A stretch of DNA of 36,360 bases from an uncultured Chitinophagaceae bacterium (GCA_964620795.1 CAZUHX010000007.1:1-36360), one strand, 5' to 3'; shown: positions 26,301-35,847, counted from the stretch's first letter. The notes: generated from the sequence alone by a model not told the origin. Translations and numbers: made by a program.

Positions 26301-26874
26301 AAGGACTCTACTTACTTCCGGGTTTGAAAACAGACTGAATTGGAACACAGGCTTTCTGAGTCGTTGGAATATCAGCAAGTCAATTTCCTGGCAGCAGACA
26401 TACAGCTATGGTAGGAAGAGCAATCGATCAGATTTTTACCGGCAGCAACAATATAATTTCAATTTTCATCAGGGGAATACCGACTGGACCTATCAACACA
26501 AGACCAATTGGCGAATATCATTGATTTACGATATAGCCTGGAAGCAGAATCCTTTGACAGATACAGTCCTTACCCAAGATGCACTACAGCAGAAGATACA
26601 AATTACAGGCAGGTATAACCGATTGAACAAGAGCACTATTGAAGCTTCTTTTGCATATGCTTCTGTGCGATACCGCGATCAGGGACTGATTAATCAGCAG
26701 TTGGAATATGCTATGCTTGAGGGGCTCAGAAATGGAAACAATCTGGTTTGGAATCTCACCTTTGAACAAAGACTTACCGGAGCTGTTCAGCTATTAATCA
26801 GTTACGATGGCAGAAAAACCGGTAATACCGGAACAGTTCATACCGGCCGCGCGGAACTGCGAGCTATGTTTTAA
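23353..26874 (+). CDS. Large (1173 aa) uncharacterised secreted protein, probable outer-membrane beta-barrel
   Basis: GTG start with signal peptide MRLFRFICLLSILTILCGSSRAQ. The mature protein has a single Cys, near its N-terminus (NLCTLY), and is rich in Tyr/Asn/Gly/Arg with many alternating-hydrophobicity stretches. The C-terminus ends ...RAELRAMF, an aromatic terminal residue like an OMP beta-signal. I recognise no named family with confidence. Confidence 0.6.
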   Translation: MRLFRFICLLSILTILCGSSRAQDFRSLREKWFETVSDTLILDSLSVVPGSLLINGMPSDSNLCTLYPWSSKLVWKKKPMTDRVKIQYRVYPFALTAAYFHKDIRSIRDDQGRFVANPFIYEAIQGNSLLFDFGGLDYNGNFSRGISFGSNQDLVLNSAFNLQLSGMIARDLEVVAAITDNNVPFQPEGNTQQVQEFDKIFIQLKRKQHAVTVGDFDLYNNGTYFLRYSKKPRGGLYQGLIPFKEEGKLNVMTAGGIMRGRFARNFLRVNEGNQGPYKLSGANGESLIIILANSEEVFVNGEKMQRGADRDYVIDYNLGEVTFTPRRLITNNMRVTVEFEYTDRNYMRSAAMGSFTWEQKKYAISLNVYSEQDAKSQTTGGDLTGDRRKFLESVGDSIQNAFYRGWDTVAWDPNRVLYRMRDTILPSGLYIDSVFEYSTSPEEGRYAVTFSLVGQGRGDYVPAANLANGRVYQWVAPLEDTLTGRVIPQGTYAPVVILVSPKMEQMYTLGGVYRINRRHQLEAEVALSYQDINTLSNKNNADNAGTGIHLAYNGSAAVGKDSVRAGELMISTRFEFRQNRFQPIERYRQVEFARDWNTGLNDNLRNEFLSQAEVSYRMKKSGIIGARFNSFVRQNIYRGFQYSIISNLNPGSWQIRMNHRIMHSTGESESSMFARPEADISYGIIKLKGLRAGFSFNHEINSRRHLDSDTLSGNSFLWQNYTFYLKQGDSLGNNYGLTAELRYEHRPEGIKFGKPVFRGRTATAYGQFNTLKNQQIQFTMTYRRADGTDSAGAEVNPQNFYLGRLNYILSGWKGLIRSTTFYEIGSGRQQKVQLSFQPSPTNQGEYIWKDANGDGIKQIDEFVISQFREDTSYFRIFTTVPEFIAVNQTLFNQVIQINPASVIRETRGWMGFLRRFSLFGSVQLSKKVFASSGKKVRDYFNPVPLKREDSDLVSLQIASRNTLFFNKMDPDFGFQIDYNYNNSRTLLTSGFENRLNWNTGFLSRWNISKSISWQQTYSYGRKSNRSDFYRQQQYNFNFHQGNTDWTYQHKTNWRISLIYDIAWKQNPLTDTVLTQDALQQKIQITGRYNRLNKSTIEASFAYASVRYRDQGLINQQLEYAMLEGLRNGNNLVWNLTFEQRLTGAVQLLISYDGRKTGNTGTVHTGRAELRAMF

Positions 26875-26887
26875 ATGAATACAGATA

Positions 26888-27664
26888 ATGCAACAGGAAA
26901 TACTTCACTATAAAGAACATGGAAGCGGGAATGCACTGGTTATTTTGCACGGTTTGTTTGGTTCTCTGGATAACTGGCAAAGTTTGGGCAGAAAATTTGC
27001 TGATCATTTTCGGGTGATAAGTCCTGATTTAAGAAATCATGGTCGTTCATTTCATAGTCCGATTCATGATTATCGTGCCATGACTGATGATGTTCTTAAG
27101 CTGATGGATTATTTAAGCATAGAAAAATCAAATATTATTGGACATTCCATGGGAGGTAAGGTAGCCATGAATTTAGCCTTACATTATCCTGATCGCATGA
27201 ACCGGGTGATTGTCTGCGATATTGCACCTGTGGCTTATGAAGACAGGCATTATAAAGTGTTTAATGCACTGAAAACAGCCCCGCTGGCTGGGGCCGAACG
27301 TGAAGCTGTGGCTGATCACCTGATGAAGGAGCTGGAAGGTGATAAAGGAACGGTCATGTTTCTAATGAAAAGTCTGATTCGGGATTCATCCGGTTTGTCA
27401 TTCAGGTGGCGGTTTAATCTGGATGCATTGGCAAGTAATTATCCTGAAATTTCTTCGGGGGTTTCAGCTGATTCGTTGTATACAGGACCGGTTCTCTTTG
27501 TTAAAGGGGCTGATTCGGAGTATATCTCTGCGGAAACCTATCCGTCTATTGTTGCTACATTTCCGAATCATGAACTTGAAGAAATAAGAGCTGCGGGTCA
27601 TTGGTTACATGCAGATCAGCCTGATTTGTTTTTTCAAGTCTGTATGAGCTTTCTTTTGCGTTAA
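26888..27664 (+). CDS. Alpha/beta hydrolase (YbfF-type esterase-like)
   Basis: HGLFGS oxyanion region, nucleophile elbow GHSMGG, and C-terminal AGHWLH. Confidence 0.85.
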   Translation: MQQEILHYKEHGSGNALVILHGLFGSLDNWQSLGRKFADHFRVISPDLRNHGRSFHSPIHDYRAMTDDVLKLMDYLSIEKSNIIGHSMGGKVAMNLALHYPDRMNRVIVCDIAPVAYEDRHYKVFNALKTAPLAGAEREAVADHLMKELEGDKGTVMFLMKSLIRDSSGLSFRWRFNLDALASNYPEISSGVSADSLYTGPVLFVKGADSEYISAETYPSIVATFPNHELEEIRAAGHWLHADQPDLFFQVCMSFLLR

Positions 27665-27674
27665 TATTGCAATC

Positions 27675-28274
27675 ATGAAACAGATCCCCGCAATTGTATT
27701 TTTAAGTGTTTCTCTGTTTTATTTTATTGGATGCAGTCCCGAGTCGGGCTTGCCTGTTTATGGTCCCGCGGGAGAAGACAGCACTTACCGTATTCAGCCA
27801 TTTATTCTTACAAATCAGGATAGTCAGATTTTGAATAATCAAGATTTGAGTGGTAAAGTAGTTTTGGTTGATTTCTTTTTTACGTCTTGTCCCAGCATCT
27901 GTCCTAAAATGAAGTCTAACTTACTTATGGTGCATGAAGCCATGGCCAAGGAGTCGGATTTTATTATTATCTCTCACACCATTGATCAGAAAAGAGACAC
28001 AGTTGCACGACTCAGAGATTACTCACGCAAATTGGGAGTGGATACACGTCGATGGCAATTTGTAACAGCAGAAAGAGATACCATTTTAAGTCTGGCGAAG
28101 TCTTACCTTGTTTCAGCTTCTGAAGATGAGGATGCTCCGGGTGGTTTTGTTCATAGTGGAAATTTTATTTTGCTTGATCGCAAAGGTAGAATTCGTGCAT
28201 ATTATGACGGTACCCGTTCGGAATCAGTACCGCAGATACTTAACGACATTAATGAACTTCTCAAGGAGAAATAG
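27675..28274 (+). CDS. SCO1/SenC family copper chaperone
   Basis: Thioredoxin-fold protein with the CPSICP (CxxxC) motif and a downstream His (GGFVHSGNF). Has a signal or lipoprotein-like N-terminus. Confidence 0.85.
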   Translation: MKQIPAIVFLSVSLFYFIGCSPESGLPVYGPAGEDSTYRIQPFILTNQDSQILNNQDLSGKVVLVDFFFTSCPSICPKMKSNLLMVHEAMAKESDFIIISHTIDQKRDTVARLRDYSRKLGVDTRRWQFVTAERDTILSLAKSYLVSASEDEDAPGGFVHSGNFILLDRKGRIRAYYDGTRSESVPQILNDINELLKEK

Positions 28275-28690
28275 TGAACTACAGAAAGATTCTCATCCTC
28301 ACTCCTGCGGTAGTTATAATTGCTATTTTTATATATAATTTTTTGTTTTTGTCAAGAACACCTTCTCCTGGAATGATGTCATACAAGCGTCATTGTGCCA
28401 ATTGTCACGGAGAGCAAGGAGAGGGGGTGCGGCAGCTGATACCGCCGCTTAAAAATTCAGATTATGCAGCAAAGTGGCTAGACTCACTACCCTGCTGGCT
28501 GACAAACGGTATGTCGCATGCTGTAATAGTGAACGGAAAATTGTATGAGCAGAGTATGTATCCCATCCGTGAGATTGGAGATGTTGAGCTTGCAAACATC
28601 ATGAATTATGTTGATCAAGAGTTTTTGGGAAGAGGCGGTAACCGATATTCATCTGCCTGGGCTGACAGTGCTATGAGAGCCTGTAAATAG
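28274..28690 (+). CDS. Membrane-anchored class I c-type cytochrome
   Basis: N-terminal TM helix and the heme motif CANCH. The GTG start overlaps the SCO1 stop by 1 nt. Confidence 0.8.
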   Translation: MNYRKILILTPAVVIIAIFIYNFLFLSRTPSPGMMSYKRHCANCHGEQGEGVRQLIPPLKNSDYAAKWLDSLPCWLTNGMSHAVIVNGKLYEQSMYPIREIGDVELANIMNYVDQEFLGRGGNRYSSAWADSAMRACK

Positions 28691-28725
28691 AAATCTGCTA
28701 TTTATTTAATTTGAAGAAAAATTAT

Positions 28726-29886
28726 TTATTCCTCTGCAATTTCTGCCTGCGCAGAAACAGTATTTAAATGGAGAATTTCTTTTAGCTTGTCAAGAACAAA
28801 GTTGATTTCTGTTTCTGTAGTGTATCTGCTGAATGAAAATCTGACATTTCTGCGAGAAGGGTCAACCTTCATTGCTTTAAGGACATGTGATCCTACATCG
28901 GATCCGGAAGTACATGCGCTTCCTCCGGAGGCTGCAATTCCATTGATATCAAGATTGAATAGAAGCATATCATTGGCCAGATCTCCCGGAAACGAGACAT
29001 TCAAAACAGTGTAAAGTCCCCAATCAGAGTCTCCGTTAAAACATACACCCGGTACAGTATCTTCAAGACCTTGCTTTAATTTGGATTTCATCGCGGTGAT
29101 TATTTCCCTGTCATTCTCAAGGTTTTCGTATGCAAGCTCTATGGCTTTTCCCAGTCCAACGATACCTGCCACATTTTCGGTACCTGCCCGCATGTTGCGT
29201 TCTTGTGAACCGCCATCAATAAACGGACCCAAGGGAATTCCTGCTCTGACAAATAAAAAGCCGCTTCCTTTCGGGCCGTGAAATTTATGAGCACTTCCAC
29301 TCAGGAAGTGAACCGGGAGTGATTGCAGGTCAAAAGGATAATGAGCGATGGTCTGAACGGTATCCGTGTGCAGCCATGCTCCTGCTGATTTGCATAATGC
29401 TGCAACATGTTCAAGATTCAGTAGTGTTCCTGTTTCATTATTGGCATGCATCAGGCTTACAAGGGTATCGGTTGCTTCGTTATGCAGAAGCTGTGCGAGT
29501 TGGTGCAGATCTGGATGGCCCTTTTCATCTACATTCAGAAACACGACCTCAATTCCTTGCTTTTGCATACGTTCTACCGTATGAAGCACACAGTGATGTT
29601 CTGTTCGGCTACTGATGATTCTGCGCACTCCCAAGTCCCTGACTGCATTTTTGATGGCAGTATTATTGGCCTCTGTGCCGGAGGAAGTAAAAAAGATTTC
29701 TGAGGTTGACGCATTCAGGCTTTTGGCAAGCTGCCGTCTGGCTTTTTCGATAGCTGCGCGGGTTTTACGGCCCCAGGAATGAATTGATGAAGGATTGCCA
29801 TAGGCTTCAGAGAGGTAGGGCAACATCTCCTCCAGCACTTCTTTGCGCAAGGCTGTTGTTGCTGCATTATCCAGATAGACTTTCAT
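28726..29886 (-). CDS. Cysteine desulfurase (NifS/IscS class)
   Basis: PLP-lysine motif SGSAHKFHGPKG and catalytic loop SGGSACTSG. Confidence 0.9.
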   Translation of the reverse strand: MKVYLDNAATTALRKEVLEEMLPYLSEAYGNPSSIHSWGRKTRAAIEKARRQLAKSLNASTSEIFFTSSGTEANNTAIKNAVRDLGVRRIISSRTEHHCVLHTVERMQKQGIEVVFLNVDEKGHPDLHQLAQLLHNEATDTLVSLMHANNETGTLLNLEHVAALCKSAGAWLHTDTVQTIAHYPFDLQSLPVHFLSGSAHKFHGPKGSGFLFVRAGIPLGPFIDGGSQERNMRAGTENVAGIVGLGKAIELAYENLENDREIITAMKSKLKQGLEDTVPGVCFNGDSDWGLYTVLNVSFPGDLANDMLLFNLDINGIAASGGSACTSGSDVGSHVLKAMKVDPSRRNVRFSFSRYTTETEINFVLDKLKEILHLNTVSAQAEIAEE

Positions 29887-29910
29887 GCCGCTTGATTTAT
29901 AGCAAAAATA

Positions 29911-32900
29911 TCAATTCCTGCCGGAAGAGTTGTCGTTTGCTTTTTCTGCTTGTTTTTTAGCCTTTTCGAGTTTTCGTTCTTTGATGTTGTTGGCAATCCG
30001 GTCAAAAAGTTCGCCAAGTTTATCAAAATCCTGCTGATAGGAAAGACCGATTCCTGTTCGGTTTCTATTTCGCTGATTAAAGTTATCCCAATCAGTACGG
30101 TTGAATGCTTTAGCTTGAATCGAACGATCTTTGGTGAGGGCATAAAGGATTTCAAAATCACCGGTAAAAAAAGTGTTTTGCTGGCCCGCACCGTTTCCGT
30201 TTTGAGCTGCGGCAGGAGTACTTCCAGCTGAGCCGATGTCAACATTTCCTCCTGCGTTGATCGATAATCGGTTGTTGAGGAAGCGCTTTGACATGGCCAG
30301 CTGCAGTTCACGTCTGGTAACCTGGCTTGCATCTCCTCCATTTCCGCCGGCGCCGTTGGTACCTTGCAATAAAGCGTCATATTGCCGATAGCCTAAATTG
30401 AGATCAAAATCTTCCACAAAATTCGATAGCCAGTTGTTGACATATTGGGACAACTGATTGGAAACAAACTCACTTACTGTATTGGCTACGCTTCCGCCTA
30501 TATTCACCTGGCCTCCTGTAGGTGTAAACGGATTGTTTGCAGGAAGGAATTTATTCATTACCAAGAGGCCAAACACCTGCTTGTTGAGCTCAGAATCATT
30601 ATTTCTGATGATCTGCATTTTATTGTCGACCAAGGTTTTTACCGTAGGATCCGGGTCCATGGCACGGATGTCAAATGAAATATCCGGCTTCTCTAGTATT
30701 CCTCTCAGATTCAAAAGAAGTTTAACAGGGATTCTGTTTTTGGCGCGTGCTTCCCTTTCGCTTTCTGCAACACCTCCGCTTCCTCCCGAGGAAGCAATCA
30801 GATCGCTAATCAAATCATAAACTGAGGTTCGGACTTCATAAACCGCACTGGTGTTTAACTGTGCCCTGTAAATGTTTCCGGCAAAAGTGATGGTTCCGCC
30901 ACGATCCAGTTCAAACTTTTTGTTTACCACATTCTGAAGAGTGAACAGATAGCTACCCTGAACTATTTCATAAATTCCAAAAAGATTAATATTTCCAGGA
31001 ACAATATCAAGCTTTAGGTCGCCTTTCCCAACGGAGGTGAGGATATCACCCGTGAGCGGATCAAGAATCAGATCAAGTCGTGCATCGGGAGTTACTTCCA
31101 GTTGGAGCTTGAAGGTGATTCCTTTTACCTTTACAGCTTTTACAACTTCTGTTTTAAGGCTGTCTTTCGGTTCATTACCCTTAAAGCGGTAAAAGCCATA
31201 TTTTGTAGCATCTACAGTAGAATTAATCGGTATGGCAAAATGTGTGTTGGGCATGGTTTTGGCATCGGCCCGGATTTCGATATTGCTTACCGGTCCTTTA
31301 AATGTTACCGTGCCTGCGGCATAGATCTGGCCGTAATAAACTCCATTTTCTTTTACGCCGGTATTCAGCATTTGTCCGTTGCGTGTATTCACGCTAAGGT
31401 CAAGGCGTATATTTCTAAAGTGATCATGTAAAAGACGTCCGCTTCCGAACAACGGATTTCTTTTTTCATCATATATGGTAAGGTTTCCCACATCAATCAC
31501 GCCTTCACCGAGTGTTATCTCTTCATGATCTAGCGAATATCTGGTGTTGAGATAACTCACCGTGACAGAGGCACTGTCTATTTCCAGACTTCCCCTGACG
31601 AGGGGTTTCGATAACGGGCCACTGATTTTAAAATTTCCATGAGTACTGCCTTTTACATCCTTCACATAGGTTTTAAAAAATGGAATATTTAAAAAACCCA
31701 TACTTAACTTTCCAATTCTGGCATTGATCTCGAGGCCTGTATCCGGAGCTGCCAGATTATAGTTCCCGCGCAAATCAACCGAATTTCCGGGGCCACTGAG
31801 ACTTATGCTGATATTGGCCTTACGTCGGTTATCCTCTAAACTTGAAAGCGCTATGAGATCACCGAAGGTCTCAGAACCTATTCCCAAGTCCCGCAAGTTA
31901 ATGTTGGCAAAGATCTTAGGATTTTCTGAACGAATGTCTTCTGCGTTTAGGGTACCGTTAAGACTTCCTCTTAGCCCCGAATTGGGCTGGCCGATCATAG
32001 CCATGAGATCTCCCATGCTTATTTCGCTGCTCATGAGTCTGGCACTCAGACCGCCTTCTGTGGCGCGATAGGTATTAAGAGAAATGTATTCTGAAGGACC
32101 AGTGCCGAATCTCAGATTACTAATTCGGATATCGTTTCCTTTGAAGCTGATCAGGTGATCCGGATTGACGCCCCAGCATTTTTGCCCCAGCCATACTGAA
32201 GAAGAGTCAAGATGAAAAACGGCACTGTCCATATATGGATAAAGGCTTGCCATAAGTTTGGCCGTATCTTTAAACATTTTATTGGCTACATCGAGTCTGA
32301 AGAAAAAACCATTCTCTGCAGATCGGGTGCTCAGGCGCACCGTATCGATGAGCAGCGAATCATTAAGCAAAAAGTTGTTCAGCGAAACCCAGCCATCAAT
32401 TCGGCCTTGACCTGACCTGATATCAGCAGCTATGCCTTCAAATCTCATTTTGCCATATTCAGCATACGGTAGATTCATGCGCATATTGAACTCGTTTTTG
32501 CGGCTATTGATGTAGCCACTCAGTTTTCCGGGGCCCAGTACTTTCATTTCAGGATCGATCAGCTGAAGGGTGTAATCCGGATTTTTGATGGTAGCATTGA
32601 TGATAAACTCCTGAGGAGCCTGCAAAGAGCTGGTGTCCTGGTATTTTCTTGTAAATGTGTTTACCAGATAATTCTTTAAGGCTCCCGGCAATTGGGTAAA
32701 TTGAAAATCACCCGACATTTCAGCCGAAAGATTATCTGTAAAAATTTGTACGTTTTTGTACTTGTCTCTTATCAGCTCAGAGCGAAGTGACACAGATTCG
32801 AGCGTCTGAACGGTTTGCCCGCGAATGACTTTGAGGTCTTTCAGCACGGCTGTACCTAAAAGATTATCAGGATGGTTCCCCCTGAAATCAGCTTCCACGA

Positions 32901-34833
32901 TTCCGCTGAAAACTGTGCTGTCTTTTGTGAAATGAAGTGCATACAAATTTGCATCTTCTGCTGCAGCTCTGAACTTGAATTCAGGTAATTTTTCGTTTAG
33001 ATTAACCATTCCGTCGAAACGAAAACGATAATTTTGATCTTGCCCTGCCAGGTGTCCGGAGAATTCACGTTCACGAAACACTCCATCAATTTCCAGATCA
33101 CGGTACGTATAGTTTTTTAATTCCAGTGACTGAACTTTGCCGTCAAGGCTTGCCCTCAGGGAAGCGAGATTCAGGCCCTGTCCATCGACTTTGGCTCTGG
33201 CGCTTACTTTGCCCAATAGCTCCGGTTTGCCGCTTAGAATTCCCAGATCAAGCGACTGCACACTCAGGTTTCCGCTGTAGGCACTTTTAGATGGGTGGTT
33301 ATTGTATTTAAAGTTCAGATCTGTCTGAGCAGTTCCGATTTCAGAAACAAATTGCCCGCGGGCTACAAAATCAGAAATGAAACCGTCAAAGTTGCCTGAG
33401 AAACCTACGGTACCCAGTCGGCCAAGAGTTTCGGGAAGTTTAATCTCCGGCAACAAAGTTCTGATATCGCTATATCGCGTTGCCAGTTTTTCTATTCTCA
33501 GGTTCAGCGAGGTTTCCCGGATGGCTGGAAGCCCGCGTGCAGCAAGATCTCCTTTTAAAATGGTATGTTGTCCAAGGCGAAGGTCTACCCCTCTTCCCCG
33601 GAGTCGGTCTACGGTTCCTGAAATTAATCCGCTCAATCTTGCTTTAAGATGTTCGGCCTTACCCAGTTTCCGTGCAAAGTAATTGATGTCCTTCAATGAA
33701 ACTTCTGCATTTGCAAACCGTCCTTCCATGCGAACGGCTTCCACATATTTTCTCCAATCCCGGAAATGAGAATAATCCAGTCGAAGATAATCTCCTATTC
33801 TGCTTTCGGGGGTTACAAGAAGCATATGTTTCAGCTCGATATCATGGGTAGATACGCGCACAGAATCTGCTGTGAGGGTTTGTAATACAAAGCCACATTT
33901 TTCCCTGGCTGAAAGATTTTCAAGAGAACCGTAAATGGTATCGGCAAGGATGCCGCCTTTGCGCACTTTGAAATCAATGTCGCTTACCAGCAGGTGATTG
34001 TAGTCCATACCGGTTTCTGCCGCATCTTTGGTGTGATTGTCCAGCCTAAACCTGCATCGTTCCAGGTGAACGGAATCCCATTCGATGTCGAGCTTACCGG
34101 CCAGGAAATGCACAGGAGTAATCACTGAATCCGGAGGGGTATCAGGATGCTCGTGGATATCTATGCTTACATCGGCTTCCCTAATTAAAGCAGAAGAAAT
34201 CCGAATGAGTTTTTTCTCAAGACCAAGATCGTTGAGTATAATTTCCAGCAGAGGAACATTTACCTGCAGGTCCAGACCAGTTTTGTCGTCGAGATAGGCA
34301 AAGTCTGTGCGAAGCAGTTCAACACGCTCTAAATCCAGCTCCCAATTAAAGGGCCCCTTGTTTTTTGTACTATCCGGTGTTCCACTCAGTTTACGCAGAA
34401 GGGCTGTCAGGTTCATGGTATCTCCGCTCAGATCACGGTGCAGATGAAAAACAGTATTCTGCAATTTGATTTCGCGTAGTGCAAGCTTTCGGTTCAGAAG
34501 TCGTACCTTACTAAACCGGGCATCGAGCCTACCGGCATAAATCAGGGTATCGTGGTTCAGGTCGGCTACATAAAGCCCTTCAATCACCAGGCTGGTCCAC
34601 AGATTGAGATACACTTTATCTACCCGCACTTCAGTGCCCAGTTTATCTTCCAGCCAGGCGGCCGCAGCTCTGGCTGTTTTTGTTTGCACAGAGGGTAGGC
34701 GGAACAAAAGCAATACCATACCCATCAGGCCCAGCACTGTAAATAAGGAGCTGAGCAGGGTGTATAGACTTACTTTTTTCCAGGTCTTCAACGATCTTCT
34801 TGTGTTCTTCGCGAAATAGGGCAACTTTGCCAC
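29911..34833 (-). CDS. tamB: Translocation and assembly module protein TamB (AsmA-like, C-terminal DUF490)
   Basis: More than 1600 aa with a single N-terminal TM anchor (VSLYTLLSSLFTVLGLMGMVLLLF) and long beta-rich repeats. Classic divergent neighbour of tsaD in Bacteroidota. The start is uncertain: the ORF is open to 34989 but that part overlaps tsaD. Candidates are GTG 34833, TTG 34824 and TTG 34791. Confidence 0.85.
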   Translation of the reverse strand: MAKLPYFAKNTRRSLKTWKKVSLYTLLSSLFTVLGLMGMVLLLFRLPSVQTKTARAAAAWLEDKLGTEVRVDKVYLNLWTSLVIEGLYVADLNHDTLIYAGRLDARFSKVRLLNRKLALREIKLQNTVFHLHRDLSGDTMNLTALLRKLSGTPDSTKNKGPFNWELDLERVELLRTDFAYLDDKTGLDLQVNVPLLEIILNDLGLEKKLIRISSALIREADVSIDIHEHPDTPPDSVITPVHFLAGKLDIEWDSVHLERCRFRLDNHTKDAAETGMDYNHLLVSDIDFKVRKGGILADTIYGSLENLSAREKCGFVLQTLTADSVRVSTHDIELKHMLLVTPESRIGDYLRLDYSHFRDWRKYVEAVRMEGRFANAEVSLKDINYFARKLGKAEHLKARLSGLISGTVDRLRGRGVDLRLGQHTILKGDLAARGLPAIRETSLNLRIEKLATRYSDIRTLLPEIKLPETLGRLGTVGFSGNFDGFISDFVARGQFVSEIGTAQTDLNFKYNNHPSKSAYSGNLSVQSLDLGILSGKPELLGKVSARAKVDGQGLNLASLRASLDGKVQSLELKNYTYRDLEIDGVFREREFSGHLAGQDQNYRFRFDGMVNLNEKLPEFKFRAAAEDANLYALHFTKDSTVFSGIVEADFRGNHPDNLLGTAVLKDLKVIRGQTVQTLESVSLRSELIRDKYKNVQIFTDNLSAEMSGDFQFTQLPGALKNYLVNTFTRKYQDTSSLQAPQEFIINATIKNPDYTLQLIDPEMKVLGPGKLSGYINSRKNEFNMRMNLPYAEYGKMRFEGIAADIRSGQGRIDGWVSLNNFLLNDSLLIDTVRLSTRSAENGFFFRLDVANKMFKDTAKLMASLYPYMDSAVFHLDSSSVWLGQKCWGVNPDHLISFKGNDIRISNLRFGTGPSEYISLNTYRATEGGLSARLMSSEISMGDLMAMIGQPNSGLRGSLNGTLNAEDIRSENPKIFANINLRDLGIGSETFGDLIALSSLEDNRRKANISISLSGPGNSVDLRGNYNLAAPDTGLEINARIGKLSMGFLNIPFFKTYVKDVKGSTHGNFKISGPLSKPLVRGSLEIDSASVTVSYLNTRYSLDHEEITLGEGVIDVGNLTIYDEKRNPLFGSGRLLHDHFRNIRLDLSVNTRNGQMLNTGVKENGVYYGQIYAAGTVTFKGPVSNIEIRADAKTMPNTHFAIPINSTVDATKYGFYRFKGNEPKDSLKTEVVKAVKVKGITFKLQLEVTPDARLDLILDPLTGDILTSVGKGDLKLDIVPGNINLFGIYEIVQGSYLFTLQNVVNKKFELDRGGTITFAGNIYRAQLNTSAVYEVRTSVYDLISDLIASSGGSGGVAESEREARAKNRIPVKLLLNLRGILEKPDISFDIRAMDPDPTVKTLVDNKMQIIRNNDSELNKQVFGLLVMNKFLPANNPFTPTGGQVNIGGSVANTVSEFVSNQLSQYVNNWLSNFVEDFDLNLGYRQYDALLQGTNGAGGNGGDASQVTRRELQLAMSKRFLNNRLSINAGGNVDIGSAGSTPAAAQNGNGAGQQNTFFTGDFEILYALTKDRSIQAKAFNRTDWDNFNQRNRNRTGIGLSYQQDFDKLGELFDRIANNIKERKLEKAKKQAEKANDNSSGRN

Positions 34834-34836
34834 CGC

Positions 34837-35847
34837 ATGGATATAACGATCCTGGCCATAGAATCGTCTTGCGATGAAACGGCTGCCGCCATCAGCAAAA
34901 ATGGCAAAATTCTTGCCAATCAGGTGGCTGCGCAGCAGGTTCATGCCGCCTGGGGTGGAGTAGTGCCCGAATTGGCCTCTCGTGCACATCAGCAGCAGAT
35001 CGTTCCGGTGGTGCAGTCTGCCATGCAGGAAGCAGGAGTGAGGCCGGCAGATCTTAGTGCTATTGCCTTTACACGGGGCCCCGGATTACTTGGATCATTA
35101 TTGGTTGGAACTTCCTTTGCCAAAGGGATGTCTATGGCACTCAATAAGCCACTCATCGAGGTCAACCATATGGAGGCGCATGTGCTGGCCAATTTCATTG
35201 AACACAGTCCTTCGTTTCCGTTTCTTTGTCTCACAGTGAGCGGAGGTCACACGCAGATTGTACTGGTGAAGGCACCATTGCAAATGGAAGTGATCGGAAA
35301 GACGATTGATGATGCAGCCGGAGAGGCTTTTGATAAATCTGCCAAGATTTTCGGCTTACCCTATCCCGGAGGTCCTTTGCTAGATAAGCTCGCCCGTGCG
35401 GGAAGCCCTCGATTTCCGCTTCCCTTTCCTCAGGTCTCGGGTCTTGATTTTAGTTTCAGTGGTATTAAGACGGCTGTGCTTTATCTGGTGAGAGATCAGA
35501 TGGCACTTGATCCTGCATTTGTGGAGAAAAATCTAAATGATCTCTGCGCCTCTGTACAGGAACATCTTTGTGAATATTTGCTCAGAAAGCTTCGGCTGGC
35601 GGTAAAACAAACAGGTATTCGTGAAGTAGCACTGGCAGGTGGCGTGAGTGCCAATTCGCGGCTGCGTGAGAAGTTAAATGATGAAGCCGGCAAAAGGGGA
35701 TGGAAGCTGTATATTCCTTCTTTGCAGTATTGTACAGACAATGCAGGCATGATTGGTATAGCCGCTCATTTCAAGTATCTGGAGGGAGTTTTTTGTTTGG
35801 GAGATGTGGAGCCATTGGCGCGATATCCGGTGGGAAGTCGAATGTGA
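34837..35847 (+). CDS. tsaD: tRNA N6-adenosine threonylcarbamoyltransferase TsaD
   Basis: N-terminus ILAIESSCDETAAAI, plus VSGGHTQ and GGVSAN motifs of the Kae1/TsaD family. Confidence 0.95.
   Translation: MDITILAIESSCDETAAAISKNGKILANQVAAQQVHAAWGGVVPELASRAHQQQIVPVVQSAMQEAGVRPADLSAIAFTRGPGLLGSLLVGTSFAKGMSMALNKPLIEVNHMEAHVLANFIEHSPSFPFLCLTVSGGHTQIVLVKAPLQMEVIGKTIDDAAGEAFDKSAKIFGLPYPGGPLLDKLARAGSPRFPLPFPQVSGLDFSFSGIKTAVLYLVRDQMALDPAFVEKNLNDLCASVQEHLCEYLLRKLRLAVKQTGIREVALAGGVSANSRLREKLNDEAGKRGWKLYIPSLQYCTDNAGMIGIAAHFKYLEGVFCLGDVEPLARYPVGSRM

Noticed and set aside
34834-34989. Long N-terminal extension of TamB from ATG 34989.
   Set aside because: It lies antisense to the conserved N-terminus of tsaD and encodes a non-TamB-like, non-hydrophobic peptide ahead of the real TM anchor.
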